A DNA stretch of 64,000 bases from a virus, in IMG/VR virus record IMGVR_UViG_3300045988_136739; one strand, written 5' to 3'. This document shows positions 19,315 to 29,055 of the stretch, piece by piece. The notes under the pieces were generated by a model. It was not told the origin of the DNA, ran no database searches, and saw nothing but the letters and a program-made list of their open reading frames with translations. The first letter of the stretch is position 1. Each line of letters opens with the position of its first letter. Position numbers and translations under genes: made by a program.

Positions 19315-19708
19315 GATGGTTATTGTAGTTAGGCGAGACTTACACATGAGGAAAGGTAAGGCAATCGCACAGGCTTGTCACGGTGCTGTAAATATTATCC
19401 TAAAAGCCCTTGACAGGGATGGCTTGCCGTGGTATACTGTTGGTGATGGACGGATAGTCGTTGATGGTGATTCGGCGCTGTCTGAATGGTTCTCTGATTC
19501 GTATACTAAGGTTTGTCTTTATGTTGACAGTGAAGAGGAACTTCTGAATCTAAAGAAGAAGGCAGATGAAGCTGACATCATGACGAGTTTAGTTCGTGAT
19601 AACGGTACTACAGAGTTTCACGGAGTTAAAACCTACACTTGTCTTGTATTTGAACCGCTGGATTCACGAGTAATTGACCCTATTACTGGTAATCTCCCTC
19701 TGTATTGA
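19307..19708 (+). CDS. peptidyl-tRNA hydrolase, PTH2 family
   Basis: KMVIVVRRDLHMRKGKAIAQACHGAV matches PTH2 signature. Confidence 0.7.
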   Translation: MTKMVIVVRRDLHMRKGKAIAQACHGAVNIILKALDRDGLPWYTVGDGRIVVDGDSALSEWFSDSYTKVCLYVDSEEELLNLKKKADEADIMTSLVRDNGTTEFHGVKTYTCLVFEPLDSRVIDPITGNLPLY

Positions 19709-19720
19709 GAGGTGAATCTA

Positions 19721-19966
19721 ATGGAGTCTTATAAACTTGCACAGATGGTGTAGGTAATAAGAGAGGATGAGGGCATTTGCCCGTTGACGTTCTCTGAAAT
19801 TATGCAACATCATGGTGGATGTGTATTTGTTATCGGTGAGAAGTGTGGCTACGGTACTGTAGACGTAACTAAGATGGCTGTGCTTTTAGATGGCAAATAT
19901 GTTGATATCCATGGTTGTGGTACTGAATTTTACGCTTACGATATTAGGCCGTATAGCGTGAAATGA
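19721..19966 (+). CDS. hypothetical Cys-rich protein with in-frame TAG at 19751-19753
   Basis: strong GAGAGGTGA RBS 7 nt before ATG 19721; frame continuous through TAG into ORF 19784..19966 whose own ATG lacks an RBS. Confidence 0.45.
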
Positions 19967-20300
19967 ATTTTAAAAAAGTAAAAGTAAAAACAAAAATTGT
20001 AAAGTAAAAACAAAATGTAATACGTCGCCCTTCATATTATGAAGAATTATAACGATATACATTTTTGAAATTTTGTGGTTAGATTTGACTTGTGCATATC
20101 CCATGTCTAAACCGCAAATATGCAAATAATTCATTGGTTGTTCTAATCACATATTGGTAGTGTAATTATCCTTAAAATTGTATCATACAAAAAATAGCTT
20201 GCACTGTGTCATTTATCAATGCTTGTTAGTAAAGGACAATTTGCTATAATAAGAGATAGATAGCAATAAATAATAGATTAACACGAAAGGATAAATTGTT

Positions 20301-20371
20301 ATGATTGTCAATGGTAAGAGAGCTTTGTGCCTTACCGCGTCAGCGGTAAACAAAGGGCGCATCACAATGTA
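20301..20371 (+). other. upstream mini-ORF (23 codons) duplicating the RBS and first 9 codons of the RNA ligase gene, with two hairpins
   Basis: gaaaggataaattgttatgattgtcaatggtaag versus gaaaggataggttaaatatatgattattaacggtaaa. Confidence 0.4.
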
Positions 20372-20413
20372 AGAATAGCTTTATTTGATAAGTAGAAAGG
20401 ATAGGTTAAATAT

Positions 20414-21535
20414 ATGATTATTAACGGTAAACGCGCATTAGCATACGTAACTAAGATTGATGACATCGAACCGTTACAGGGATATGATAGGGTAGAGTAC
20501 GCTAGAGTAGGTGGATGGGGAGTCATTGTTTCCAAGGCTGACCAGTTTAAGTCCGGAGATAAGTGTGTTTATTTTGAGGTTGACTCTAAGGTAAATGCAG
20601 ATGACCCTCGGTTTGCTTTTATGGCAAAGCGTGACTATAAGGTTAAGTGCATTAAGATGTGCAAGGTATACTCTCAGGGCTTGATTATGCCTGTGAGTGC
20701 ATTTGATGAGTTAAAGGATGCAAATATCGGTGACGATGTTACTGATATTTTAAAGGTTCGCTATTCTGTCGAAGAGGATAACGCTCGTAAGTCGGATGTG
20801 GTTGAAAAGAAATTGACTTTCTTCGAGCGTATTAAGAATTTCTTTACTGGCAAGAAGGTAACTAATCCTCGCAAGTTCCCTACTAAGTTTGAGTACGTAA
20901 AGAAGTCGGACGAAGAGCGTGTTGAGAATATGCCATTTATTTTGAAGGACAAAGAGCCTTGGATTAAGACCCAGAAGATTGATGGAACTTCTTCTACTTA
21001 TATCATGGAAAAGAAGCCGTTTGGCCGTTGGGAATATTATGTATGTTCTCGCAATGTGCGTCAGCTTGACCGTAATCAGTTCACTTGGCACAATAAGGGC
21101 GGTAACGCTGAATCTAATGTGTACTGGGATATGAACGACAAGTATCATATTGATGAGTTCTTGAAGCGTTACATCAAGGATAATAACCTAAAGTATGCGG
21201 CATTGCAGGGTGAAACCGCTGGCCCTAATCTTCAGGGTAATCCTCACAAGTATGGTGAAGTACGTTTCTTTGGTTACAATTTGATTCGTTCTGACGTTGG
21301 GCGTATCAATTCTTTGGATGCAAAGAAGATTTGTAATGCTAATGGAATTGATTGGGTTCCTATCGCAGATGAGCATTATATCTTACCCGATGATATGGAG
21401 ACTTTAAAGCTGGATGCTGATGGTGAGTGTATTGTTGGCACTGGCTTGCGTGAAGGTTGGGTTTATCGTAGTCTTGACGGTCAGCGCTCTTTTAAGAATG
21501 TTAGCCGTAAGTATATGATGAAGCATGACGAATAA
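20414..21535 (+). CDS. ATP-dependent RNA ligase (Rnl-type nucleotidyltransferase with N-terminal extra domain)
   Basis: KIDGTS motif I (KxDG), downstream EGxxxK-like motifs, no DNA-ligase OB domain; separate DNA ligase is already present. Confidence 0.6.
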   Translation: MIINGKRALAYVTKIDDIEPLQGYDRVEYARVGGWGVIVSKADQFKSGDKCVYFEVDSKVNADDPRFAFMAKRDYKVKCIKMCKVYSQGLIMPVSAFDELKDANIGDDVTDILKVRYSVEEDNARKSDVVEKKLTFFERIKNFFTGKKVTNPRKFPTKFEYVKKSDEERVENMPFILKDKEPWIKTQKIDGTSSTYIMEKKPFGRWEYYVCSRNVRQLDRNQFTWHNKGGNAESNVYWDMNDKYHIDEFLKRYIKDNNLKYAALQGETAGPNLQGNPHKYGEVRFFGYNLIRSDVGRINSLDAKKICNANGIDWVPIADEHYILPDDMETLKLDADGECIVGTGLREGWVYRSLDGQRSFKNVSRKYMMKHDE

Positions 21536-21550
21536 TCTAAAATAAGGAGA

Positions 21551-21597
21551 AACGCCGATACTGTCTTTAATGTGAAGAAAAGTCGGCGTTATTTATT
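21551..21597 (+). terminator. terminator hairpin aacgccga...tcggcgtt + T-rich tail
   Basis: 8-bp stem. Confidence 0.5.
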
Positions 21598-21599
21598 AA

Positions 21600-21827
21600 A
21601 TGGCATATTATACCTACGAGCAGTTGGTAAATAAGATAAATAATGGCGAAGTAATTTATTTCGTTAATGCTGAATGCGATATTACAGAGTTTTCTTTTGA
21701 TGGTCATTATAAAATGACAATATCAAATCTAATGAAAGTTATTTTTAACAAAGAATTAACCGAAGAAGAATTTAATGAACGCTTCACATACTATGTGAGA
21801 CATTTCAAGATTGGCGGTAAAAAATGA
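21600..21827 (+). CDS. hypothetical small protein
   Basis: ORF. Confidence 0.4.
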   Translation: MAYYTYEQLVNKINNGEVIYFVNAECDITEFSFDGHYKMTISNLMKVIFNKELTEEEFNERFTYYVRHFKIGGKK

Positions 21828-22192
21828 ATAATGAAAAGTGTATGAATTGTGGAACTACAGTTGATGTTGAAGGTGTTGATATTTTGCCGCTTAAATATGG
21901 CAGTAGGTTTGATGGTTGGGGGACGAGAGTTTTTCTCTGTAAGAAATGCTTGAGCGCTAGTCCATTTGCTTCTATTGTTGCGGTAACAAACAAGGAACTT
22001 TCTGAGAGCAGTGATGCAACAGACGAAGACTTGCTTGAGTATAAGAATGAAGATGATATGTTTGATTACATCGAGTCCTTATCTCTTGAAAGTCAGGAAA
22101 AATTTTTTAACAGTAACGCTTACGGCGAGTTCTATACAAAACTGTCACCGGCTGTATGGTTGATGGCAGAAAGGAGTAGGGTAAATGGCTAA
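21824..22192 (+). CDS. hypothetical protein with N-terminal zinc ribbon (CMNCG...CKKC)
   Basis: ORF. Confidence 0.45.
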   Translation: MNNEKCMNCGTTVDVEGVDILPLKYGSRFDGWGTRVFLCKKCLSASPFASIVAVTNKELSESSDATDEDLLEYKNEDDMFDYIESLSLESQEKFFNSNAYGEFYTKLSPAVWLMAERSRVNG

Positions 22193-23027
22193 TTATCAGA
22201 AAATCTTGGAGAGATTAAATCGTAGAAAAGACTATATCGAGCTAAATAGAAAATGCAAGGTCGTATTTGTCGGCCTATTTGGTAGTCAGAATTATGGACT
22301 TGATGATAACGATTCTGACATTGATTGTGTTGTTGTTACAATGCCATCACTCGATGATTTAATTAGTGGTAAAACTGATGTAAAGACACTAACTCAATCA
22401 GAGTTCTCATCTGATTCTTCCGATGATGGTCAGGTAAAGTTGATGGATATTCGTGATTTTGCAAAACAGTTGGCAAAGGGCAGTTTTGTTAATCTTGAGG
22501 CGTTATTCTCTAATTATGTTATTGTGGATGACTCTTTTAGAGATTTTTATAATGTTAGAAATAAAATTTACGATAGATATATCTGGCATTACCAGAACGC
22601 TGTATATGGTGCTATTCACCATATCTTAAACTACTACGAGATGAACGCTTGCGCCAACGAAGAAAATAAACAGTCAAAGCGTATGTATGAAGCGTTGCGT
22701 CTGAAGAATCTTTATAATCAACTTACGGATAAGAGTGACGTAGAGTCAAATTCGCGTCCAGAATTTTATATTGCCAATTTATCTGAAAGATGTTCTATCG
22801 GGAATGTAAAGTGCGGTGTTCTTGATAGTGCACAGTTTTTTGATAATGTGAAAGATATTGAAGCGCCTAGCACAAAAGAACCAAAGGTAGCGGAGCCTTT
22901 GTGTGGATTTAACATTCAGATTTTGGCAAATCTTACCATTAAGAATAGTATAACTGGTAATTTGTACAGAAATAATTATGCTGCGAGTTCTGTAAGTTGT
23001 GCAAAAACATCATACACAACCGCTTGA
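22185..23027 (+). CDS. minimal nucleotidyltransferase (Pol-beta superfamily, GS-x9-DxD)
   Basis: GLFGSQNYGLDDNDSDIDCVVV motif. Confidence 0.55.
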   Translation: MANYQKILERLNRRKDYIELNRKCKVVFVGLFGSQNYGLDDNDSDIDCVVVTMPSLDDLISGKTDVKTLTQSEFSSDSSDDGQVKLMDIRDFAKQLAKGSFVNLEALFSNYVIVDDSFRDFYNVRNKIYDRYIWHYQNAVYGAIHHILNYYEMNACANEENKQSKRMYEALRLKNLYNQLTDKSDVESNSRPEFYIANLSERCSIGNVKCGVLDSAQFFDNVKDIEAPSTKEPKVAEPLCGFNIQILANLTIKNSITGNLYRNNYAASSVSCAKTSYTTA

Positions 23028-23042
23028 CAAAGCTAGAAAGTT
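23014..23042 (+). promoter_or_regulatory. promoter TTGACA-17-TATAAT
   Basis: consensus. Confidence 0.6.
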
Positions 23043-23075
23043 TTGATATAATAACTACAGAAACGGAGGGATAGG

Positions 23076-24089
23076 GTGAAGTGTAAGACAGTCGATGATG
23101 TATTAAAAGCGATGTCTGTAGACGATGTATTTACGAACAATCCTTCAATTTTGAAAGCAGAGTATCGTGAATATTTAAAGATGTTTCATCCAGATTTTCA
23201 CAATGGTGAGATGACCTATCAAGAAGTAACCTCAAAAATTGTGATGCTCTATGAAAAGGCCACAGACTTAATCGCTAGAGGTGCATGGGAAGAATCTAAT
23301 AAGATTCGTTTAAGCAAACCAAACGGAAAAACGCTTATCGTATCGTATCTGAAAGAATACGGTTTTGAACTTGGAAAGATGTATTTATGTAATAATCATA
23401 TTGTATATGTCATTCCGAGACAACACAAGAAGTATTACGATAACTATATTAGTTCAATTAGATTTTCGTGTCCTAGAGATATGATGCAGAGTGTTGATTA
23501 CGCGCTACCGCATATTGTTCAAAATTTTGAGAACAACGAAGAGTGCGTGATTATCATTAAGCGCGAACATGGCTGTGTTCCCCTTTCTGAGGTATGGAAT
23601 AATTTCAATAATAAGATTCCTATTAAGCACACAGCTTGGGTAATTTCACGCTTACTTAATCTTGCTTGCTTCTTGTCGTATAATAATGTGGTTCACAATG
23701 GTATTGACATTAACAGTTGTTTTGTTGATATTGAAAAACATGGAATTATGTTATACGGTGGATGGTGGTATACACGCCCTGTTGATGCAAAGATGATTGG
23801 TGTTAGCAGCGAAGTGTATGATGTTATGCCGCCGTCTGCGAAGCGCAACAAGAAATCTAAGAAAAGCACTGATATGGAATGTATTAAGATGCTTGGGATT
23901 AAGTTACTTGGATGCACTTCAAAAATTTCAGATGCAACAGTTCCAGACCAGATTATGATGTGGTTAAGAACTGGTTCTGGTGAATACCCTCCTACAGAAA
24001 TGAAAAGATGGGAAATGTCACTTGACGCGGCATTTGGAAAACGCACGTTTACAAAAATGAATCCAGAAATGGGTAAAATTAAAGTTTAA
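23076..24089 (+). CDS. J-domain-like N-terminus (HPD motif) fused to a protein-kinase-like domain (tentative)
   Basis: KMFHPDFHNGE; VVHNGIDINSCFVD resembles kinase catalytic loop. Confidence 0.35.
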   Translation: MKCKTVDDVLKAMSVDDVFTNNPSILKAEYREYLKMFHPDFHNGEMTYQEVTSKIVMLYEKATDLIARGAWEESNKIRLSKPNGKTLIVSYLKEYGFELGKMYLCNNHIVYVIPRQHKKYYDNYISSIRFSCPRDMMQSVDYALPHIVQNFENNEECVIIIKREHGCVPLSEVWNNFNNKIPIKHTAWVISRLLNLACFLSYNNVVHNGIDINSCFVDIEKHGIMLYGGWWYTRPVDAKMIGVSSEVYDVMPPSAKRNKKSKKSTDMECIKMLGIKLLGCTSKISDATVPDQIMMWLRTGSGEYPPTEMKRWEMSLDAAFGKRTFTKMNPEMGKIKV

Positions 24090-24105
24090 TTATAAGGAGA
24101 AAAAT

Positions 24106-25068
24106 ATGGGATATTCACATTGGGACGCATCTAGCTGGGATAGCTATTCTACTCGTAATGTCACTAATAAGACGAGCGTTTCTGGTGGCGGTTCGTCCAG
24201 TTTGTATCAGTCTACGGCCATGCCTGATGACATGAATCCGAAGAATATTACTGTTCGTGAATCTCGTGACAGTAATGATAATCCGAATAGTACGCCTATT
24301 ATCATTGCGCTGGATGTCACTGGTTCCATGTCGCCTGTTCTGCGTTCTGTTATTACGAACCTTAATACTCTGATGCAGGAGATTTACAATCGTGGTTCCA
24401 TTACCGACCCGCAGGTTTGCTTTATGGCTGTTGGTGATGCTGACTATGACCTCGCACCGCTTCAGGTAAGTCAGTTTGAGAGCGACATTCGCATCGCAGA
24501 GGCTTTGCAGAAGGTGTGGTACGAAGGAAGGGGCGGTGGCAATAGTCAGGAGTCTTATACGCTTCCTTGGTATTTTGCAACCAATTATGTTAGTGCGGAC
24601 GCAATCGAAAAGCGTCATAAGAAGGGTATTTTGATTACTATGGGTGACGAGCCGTGTCCCGATAAGCTTACTCGTAGGCAGATTCAGAAGGTATTTGGAA
24701 CTACTATCGAAGAGGATAGCATTAGTTCCGAAGAATTGCTGAATGCAGTTAGTCGTGATTGGGATGTTTTCCATCTGATTATCGAGCAGGGCAACTACTA
24801 TTCTAATCGTTATCGTTATCACGATACAAGCCTTGTCGATGATAGCTTTGGTGAACTTCTGGGCGAACGTGCAATCCATGTGTCTGATTACAACAAGATT
24901 GCCGAAATTGTTGTTTCCATTCTGGAAGCACTGGCTGGCAAGGACATTGACGCTATCTGTGATAGCTGGGATGGTTCTACCGGAATCGTTGTCCGTAAGG
25001 CTATCGAAGGACTGGCAACAACTGGAAATAACACTGCTACCGCAGTCAATGGCTTGGTCGAGTTCTAA
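24106..25068 (+). CDS. von Willebrand factor A domain protein
   Basis: IIIALDVTGSMS MIDAS-like motif. Confidence 0.55.
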   Translation: MGYSHWDASSWDSYSTRNVTNKTSVSGGGSSSLYQSTAMPDDMNPKNITVRESRDSNDNPNSTPIIIALDVTGSMSPVLRSVITNLNTLMQEIYNRGSITDPQVCFMAVGDADYDLAPLQVSQFESDIRIAEALQKVWYEGRGGGNSQESYTLPWYFATNYVSADAIEKRHKKGILITMGDEPCPDKLTRRQIQKVFGTTIEEDSISSEELLNAVSRDWDVFHLIIEQGNYYSNRYRYHDTSLVDDSFGELLGERAIHVSDYNKIAEIVVSILEALAGKDIDAICDSWDGSTGIVVRKAIEGLATTGNNTATAVNGLVEF

Positions 25069-25082
25069 AATCTAACGATTTA

Positions 25083-25110
25083 GCGTGGAGAAATCCACGC
25101 TTTTTATTTT
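25083..25110 (+). terminator. rho-independent terminator gcgtggagaaatccacgc + T-run
   Basis: identical hairpin to 1290. Confidence 0.7.
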
Positions 25111-25120
25111 GCAAAACCCC

Positions 25121-25149
25121 TTGACTTTTCCTAGCGTCTATGATATAAT
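25121..25149 (+). promoter_or_regulatory. AAAACCCCTTGACT-17-TATAAT class promoter
   Basis: consensus family. Confidence 0.65.
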
Positions 25150-25183
25150 AATGATGTCAAAGATGTTTGACAGGAGGGTTTAT

Positions 25184-26446
25184 ATGGACATTAAGATTGT
25201 GATTGGCGCACAGTATGGTGATGAGGGGAAAGGCAGAACTGTTGACTATTTCACTCGTGAATGCAAGAACGGCGATATGGCTGTTGTGCTCACAAATGGT
25301 GGAGCACAGCGAGGTCATACTGTTGTAAAAGGAGATAAGCGTCACATCTTTCATCATTTCGGTTCTGGAACTATGAACGGCGCTGATACTATTATCAGCG
25401 AAATTTTTCAGGTAAATCCTATGGTATTTTCTACGGAGTGGGATGAACTGCGTGAACTTGGTTTTACTCCGAATGTATATGTCGATGAAAACTGTTTCAT
25501 TGCTACACCTTGGGACGCTTTAATTAACCAGTGCTGGGAAACTGCGCTTGGAGACGGTCGTTTCGGTTCTTGCGGTCTTGGTGTCTATGAAGCCATTATC
25601 CGTAGCAAAGAGCCAAAATACGCAATTACTGTAAAAGAGATTCAGAAAGCGAACGAAGAGAATAACTGGATTCCGATTGCAGAAAAGTTGGATATTATTT
25701 GTATGGATTATGTTCCTGCACGTTTACATGAGGTTCTTGATGGCCGTGACATCCCGGAGCAGTTCGTTAGTAACTTTGAGAAAGATTACGTATTGTCTTT
25801 TTTGAGCGACTTGGCCTTCTTTATCAAACACGTTACGGTAAAAAAGTTTACTAAAACAGAGCTTAGTGCAAAATATAAGCGACTTGTGTTTGAAAACGCG
25901 CAGGGTCTTGCAATTTCGCAGAAATACTACGAGCAAGGTGAGAATACGACTCCGACATATACCGGGATTAGTTCAGATTTTGATGTTTTAGATGGTTTCG
26001 ATGTAAAGAGTATGGACGAGTTCGACATTGAGATTTGTTATACTACACGTTGGTATACAACTCGACATGGTGCTGGTATTCTTCCGGGCGAGACTGACGT
26101 AAATAATCTAAGCACAAAAATTATTGATAACACAAACGTACACAACGAATGGCAGGGTAGCATTAGATACGCCATGTTTGATGTTGACAGATTTGTTGGT
26201 CGCATTATGCGTGACCTGAGCGTGACACAATTTGTTGAAGGAGACTTCAACTTATCGTTTGCCATCAACGCTGTTGACCAGTGCGATAATAAGAAAATTC
26301 ATTATATCATGGATGGACGTGAAAGCGTGACTGGTGTAATTGATTTCGCAAACGTTATCTCTGAAAATTTCGCATCGTTACCGAATCTTATTTCTCGTTA
26401 TCTTGGTGCTGGTGAAGATGCTAGATATACTGCCAACTGTAAGTAA
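25184..26446 (+). CDS. purA: adenylosuccinate synthetase homolog (PurA-like, 420 aa)
   Basis: IVIGAQYGDEGKGRTVDYF P-loop, GGAQRGHTVV, GDKRHIFHHFGSG co-linear with PurA. Confidence 0.8.
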   Translation: MDIKIVIGAQYGDEGKGRTVDYFTRECKNGDMAVVLTNGGAQRGHTVVKGDKRHIFHHFGSGTMNGADTIISEIFQVNPMVFSTEWDELRELGFTPNVYVDENCFIATPWDALINQCWETALGDGRFGSCGLGVYEAIIRSKEPKYAITVKEIQKANEENNWIPIAEKLDIICMDYVPARLHEVLDGRDIPEQFVSNFEKDYVLSFLSDLAFFIKHVTVKKFTKTELSAKYKRLVFENAQGLAISQKYYEQGENTTPTYTGISSDFDVLDGFDVKSMDEFDIEICYTTRWYTTRHGAGILPGETDVNNLSTKIIDNTNVHNEWQGSIRYAMFDVDRFVGRIMRDLSVTQFVEGDFNLSFAINAVDQCDNKKIHYIMDGRESVTGVIDFANVISENFASLPNLISRYLGAGEDARYTANCK

Positions 26447-26458
26447 GGAGGTATAAAT

Positions 26459-27364
26459 ATGCAGGAGTTTGTTATGTTGGTTGGACTTCCGGCAAGCGGA
26501 AAGTCTACCGTAGCGAATGAGTATATGGGAAAGGGGTATCTCATCTTTAGTTCTGATGCGATTCGCAAGGAACTTTTTGGTGACGAAAATGACCAGACTG
26601 ACAATAATCTGGTATTTAATACTCTGCATAATCGCATTCGTACTGCAATGAAAGATGGTTTTAGTGTTGTATATGATGCAACGAATATCAATGCTAAACG
26701 GCGTGAAGGATTCTTACGCGAGATAGCGAAGGTAAACTGTCATAAGCATTGCGTCTTTATGGCTACTCCGTATTCCGTCTGCGTTATGCGCAATCAGAAG
26801 CGGGAGCGGAAAGTCCCCATGTCTGCTATGGAGCGTATGCGTAAGGGAATTGATATCCCGTACTACTTCGAGGGGTGGGACGAAATCACTGTTCGGCGTG
26901 TTAAGTTGGTAGCTCCGTATGAACCGTTTGACCTTGTTGACAGCCTTCTGAATTACAATCAGGAAAATCCGCATCACGAATTTACGCTTGGCGCACACAT
27001 GAAAGAGGCGTGGCGTTACGCAGTAAACGAGGAATACGATATGTATGTTCAGTGGGCTGCTCTTGTCCATGATATTGGTAAACCGGCCACTAAGACGTTT
27101 ACTAAAATGAATGGAACAACTGATGGAAGTGCACATTATTACAGTCATCAGAATGTTGGTGCGTATGATTCTTTGTTCTTGAACTATCCGAAAGAAATTA
27201 CGGACAAAGATAAACTGCATATTGCAGTTCTTATCAACTACCACATGATTCCCTATACATTTGGCAAGGGTAATATCGGAAAAGATAAGATGCGTGAACG
27301 TCTTGGAGACGAAATCTATAACGAGGTTATGCAAGTGCATAACTGTGATGTAAACGCACATTAA
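26459..27364 (+). CDS. polynucleotide 5'-kinase domain (T4 Pnk-like) fused to a C-terminal HD phosphohydrolase domain; putative RNA end-healing enzyme
   Basis: GLPASGKST, SSDAIRKEL, DATN co-linear with T4 Pnk kinase; HHEF...HDIGKP...H...D HD signature like CCA-enzyme HD domain. Confidence 0.7.
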   Translation: MQEFVMLVGLPASGKSTVANEYMGKGYLIFSSDAIRKELFGDENDQTDNNLVFNTLHNRIRTAMKDGFSVVYDATNINAKRREGFLREIAKVNCHKHCVFMATPYSVCVMRNQKRERKVPMSAMERMRKGIDIPYYFEGWDEITVRRVKLVAPYEPFDLVDSLLNYNQENPHHEFTLGAHMKEAWRYAVNEEYDMYVQWAALVHDIGKPATKTFTKMNGTTDGSAHYYSHQNVGAYDSLFLNYPKEITDKDKLHIAVLINYHMIPYTFGKGNIGKDKMRERLGDEIYNEVMQVHNCDVNAH

Positions 27365-27413
27365 AGAAATAACCGCCATTTGGCGGTTAAATACATATAA
27401 AAGAGGTTGAAAT

Positions 27414-28619
27414 ATGGCATTAACTTTCTATGATACCAATGCCTTGCTGAGTCTGCGTGAAAGCGCATTTGTTGAGAAATTTGCGTGTTCTCATAAAACG
27501 CTTGAGGAAATCGAGAACATTAAGACATCCGGCAAGAAAGACGATGAAACTAGGTATCGCGCAAGGAAAGTGGCACACGCTTTTCAGGATGGAAACAATT
27601 ACATCGTTTGCAACTACCCTTATGACAGAATTGTTAAGGAATTGGCCGCAAGAGGGCTTGAGGTAACTCCAGACGCAATTATTACAACAGAAGCATATCT
27701 GTTAAATTCTGAAACAGATGATGTCGTTTTTGTTACAGATGATGTAAATTGCTATAACATTGCGAAAAACATCTTTTGTCTAAAGACAGAGACTCTAAAT
27801 AGCATCAAAGAAGATATTTACGAGGGATATATTAAGATTAGCGGCACAACTGACGAAATCAATGAGCAGATGGACGTTATTGACATGTCGAAGTTGTATG
27901 CCAATGAATATATTGTAATTGACGATAAGTCGATTGGCAAAACGAAAGAAATGCGTTTTGATGGTAAAAAATTTGTTGAATTAAAGCTACCACCGTCTGG
28001 GTTTATTAAGGGCAAGAATAGTTTGCAAAGATGCGCGCTTGATGCTTTAAACAACAAGGATATTGACATTGTTGCAATTCTAGGAACGTATGGTTCTGGC
28101 AAGTCCTTCTTGTCTATGCAGATGGGATTGTATGGTGTAAATGAGAAAGGCTATCAGTCCAAAATTCTCGGTGTGCGCGAAGCGCGTGGCGAAGGTAGTG
28201 CAGTTGGTTACTTGCCCGGAGAGTTTGAGCAGAAAGTTGGTGACTTCTTTAAGCCTTTGGAGCAACAGCTAAAGGGCGGTGAGTTCGAGTTGCAGAGTCT
28301 AAAGCAGCGTGGTGTACTTGATGTTCAGATTCCTTATTATCTAAAAGGAACTACTTACGATAGTACCATTATGGTTGTTGACGAAGCAGAGGATTTAACG
28401 GAATCACAGTTGCGTTTGGTTGGCACACGTCTTGGTCAGAACTCGAGAATTTTCTTTTCTGGTGACTATAAGCAGTCTCTAATCAATAAAACTATTAGCA
28501 ATCCGCTCGTTAAGATGTGTGATGAATTTAAGGGTAGCCCTAATTTTGCTTGCGTATTTCTTGATACCGATGTTCGTAGTGAAGCATCTAAGATGTTTGC
28601 TACTTTGTTTAAACAGTAA
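27414..28619 (+). CDS. phoH: PIN-domain + PhoH-like ATPase (YlaK-like)
   Basis: N-terminal FYDTNALL PIN motif; GTYGSGKSF Walker A; VVDEAEDL; SGDYKQS. Confidence 0.8.
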   Translation: MALTFYDTNALLSLRESAFVEKFACSHKTLEEIENIKTSGKKDDETRYRARKVAHAFQDGNNYIVCNYPYDRIVKELAARGLEVTPDAIITTEAYLLNSETDDVVFVTDDVNCYNIAKNIFCLKTETLNSIKEDIYEGYIKISGTTDEINEQMDVIDMSKLYANEYIVIDDKSIGKTKEMRFDGKKFVELKLPPSGFIKGKNSLQRCALDALNNKDIDIVAILGTYGSGKSFLSMQMGLYGVNEKGYQSKILGVREARGEGSAVGYLPGEFEQKVGDFFKPLEQQLKGGEFELQSLKQRGVLDVQIPYYLKGTTYDSTIMVVDEAEDLTESQLRLVGTRLGQNSRIFFSGDYKQSLINKTISNPLVKMCDEFKGSPNFACVFLDTDVRSEASKMFATLFKQ

Positions 28620-28626
28620 TTGAATT

Positions 28627-28989
28627 ATGTATTTGCCTAATCATTTTGAAGCTATCGACAAGAGCGTTTTGAATGATAAGGCCAGATATAAAGAAGACTT
28701 TGGCGATATGTATAGTTTATTGCTGGGTCTTCTTTCTACATCTGGCATCTATCCGAAGCATTCTTTAGATTATAACAAGATAACACTGGAGTTTGACGTA
28801 GATAACCGTATGTTGCAGATTATGATTTCTGACTTGTATGGTATGTATACATACGTAAACTATAACTCCGTAAGTAACGTAGTTACGTTAAATCTAGCTA
28901 GTTGGACTACCTATGGTAAAATTTACCAGTTAGCCAACGCTATCTACGAATCCTACTTTAGATTGAAGAAAAATTCAAAAACCCCTTGA
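28627..28989 (+). CDS. hypothetical protein
   Basis: ORF. Confidence 0.45.
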   Translation: MYLPNHFEAIDKSVLNDKARYKEDFGDMYSLLLGLLSTSGIYPKHSLDYNKITLEFDVDNRMLQIMISDLYGMYTYVNYNSVSNVVTLNLASWTTYGKIYQLANAIYESYFRLKKNSKTP

Positions 28990-29014
28990 CTTTTCTGTTA
29001 AAATATGGTATTAT
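28986..29014 (+). promoter_or_regulatory. AAAACCCCTTGACT-17-TATTAT class promoter
   Basis: consensus family. Confidence 0.6.
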
Positions 29015-29055
29015 ATAGATGTTCCAAAAAATCTTGAATAAAAGGAGAATTGAGA

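Noticed and set aside
24115-24879. Long minus-strand ORFs (24115..24879, 30151..31215, 31256..32221, 44474..45238, 46907..47395, 47540..48016, 52143..52523 and similar) overlapping plus-strand genes
   Set aside because: They lie antisense to well-supported homologous genes (vWA, Ro60-like, flotillin, primase-helicase, Pol III alpha) and lack RBS or promoter context; judged to be frame shadows.
26459-27364. HD-domain protein next to PurA-like gene interpreted as DatZ of a Z-genome cluster
   Set aside because: The HD domain is fused to a kinase that is co-linear with the T4 polynucleotide kinase domain. RNA end-healing is the better-supported reading; no MazZ or DpoZ candidates in window.
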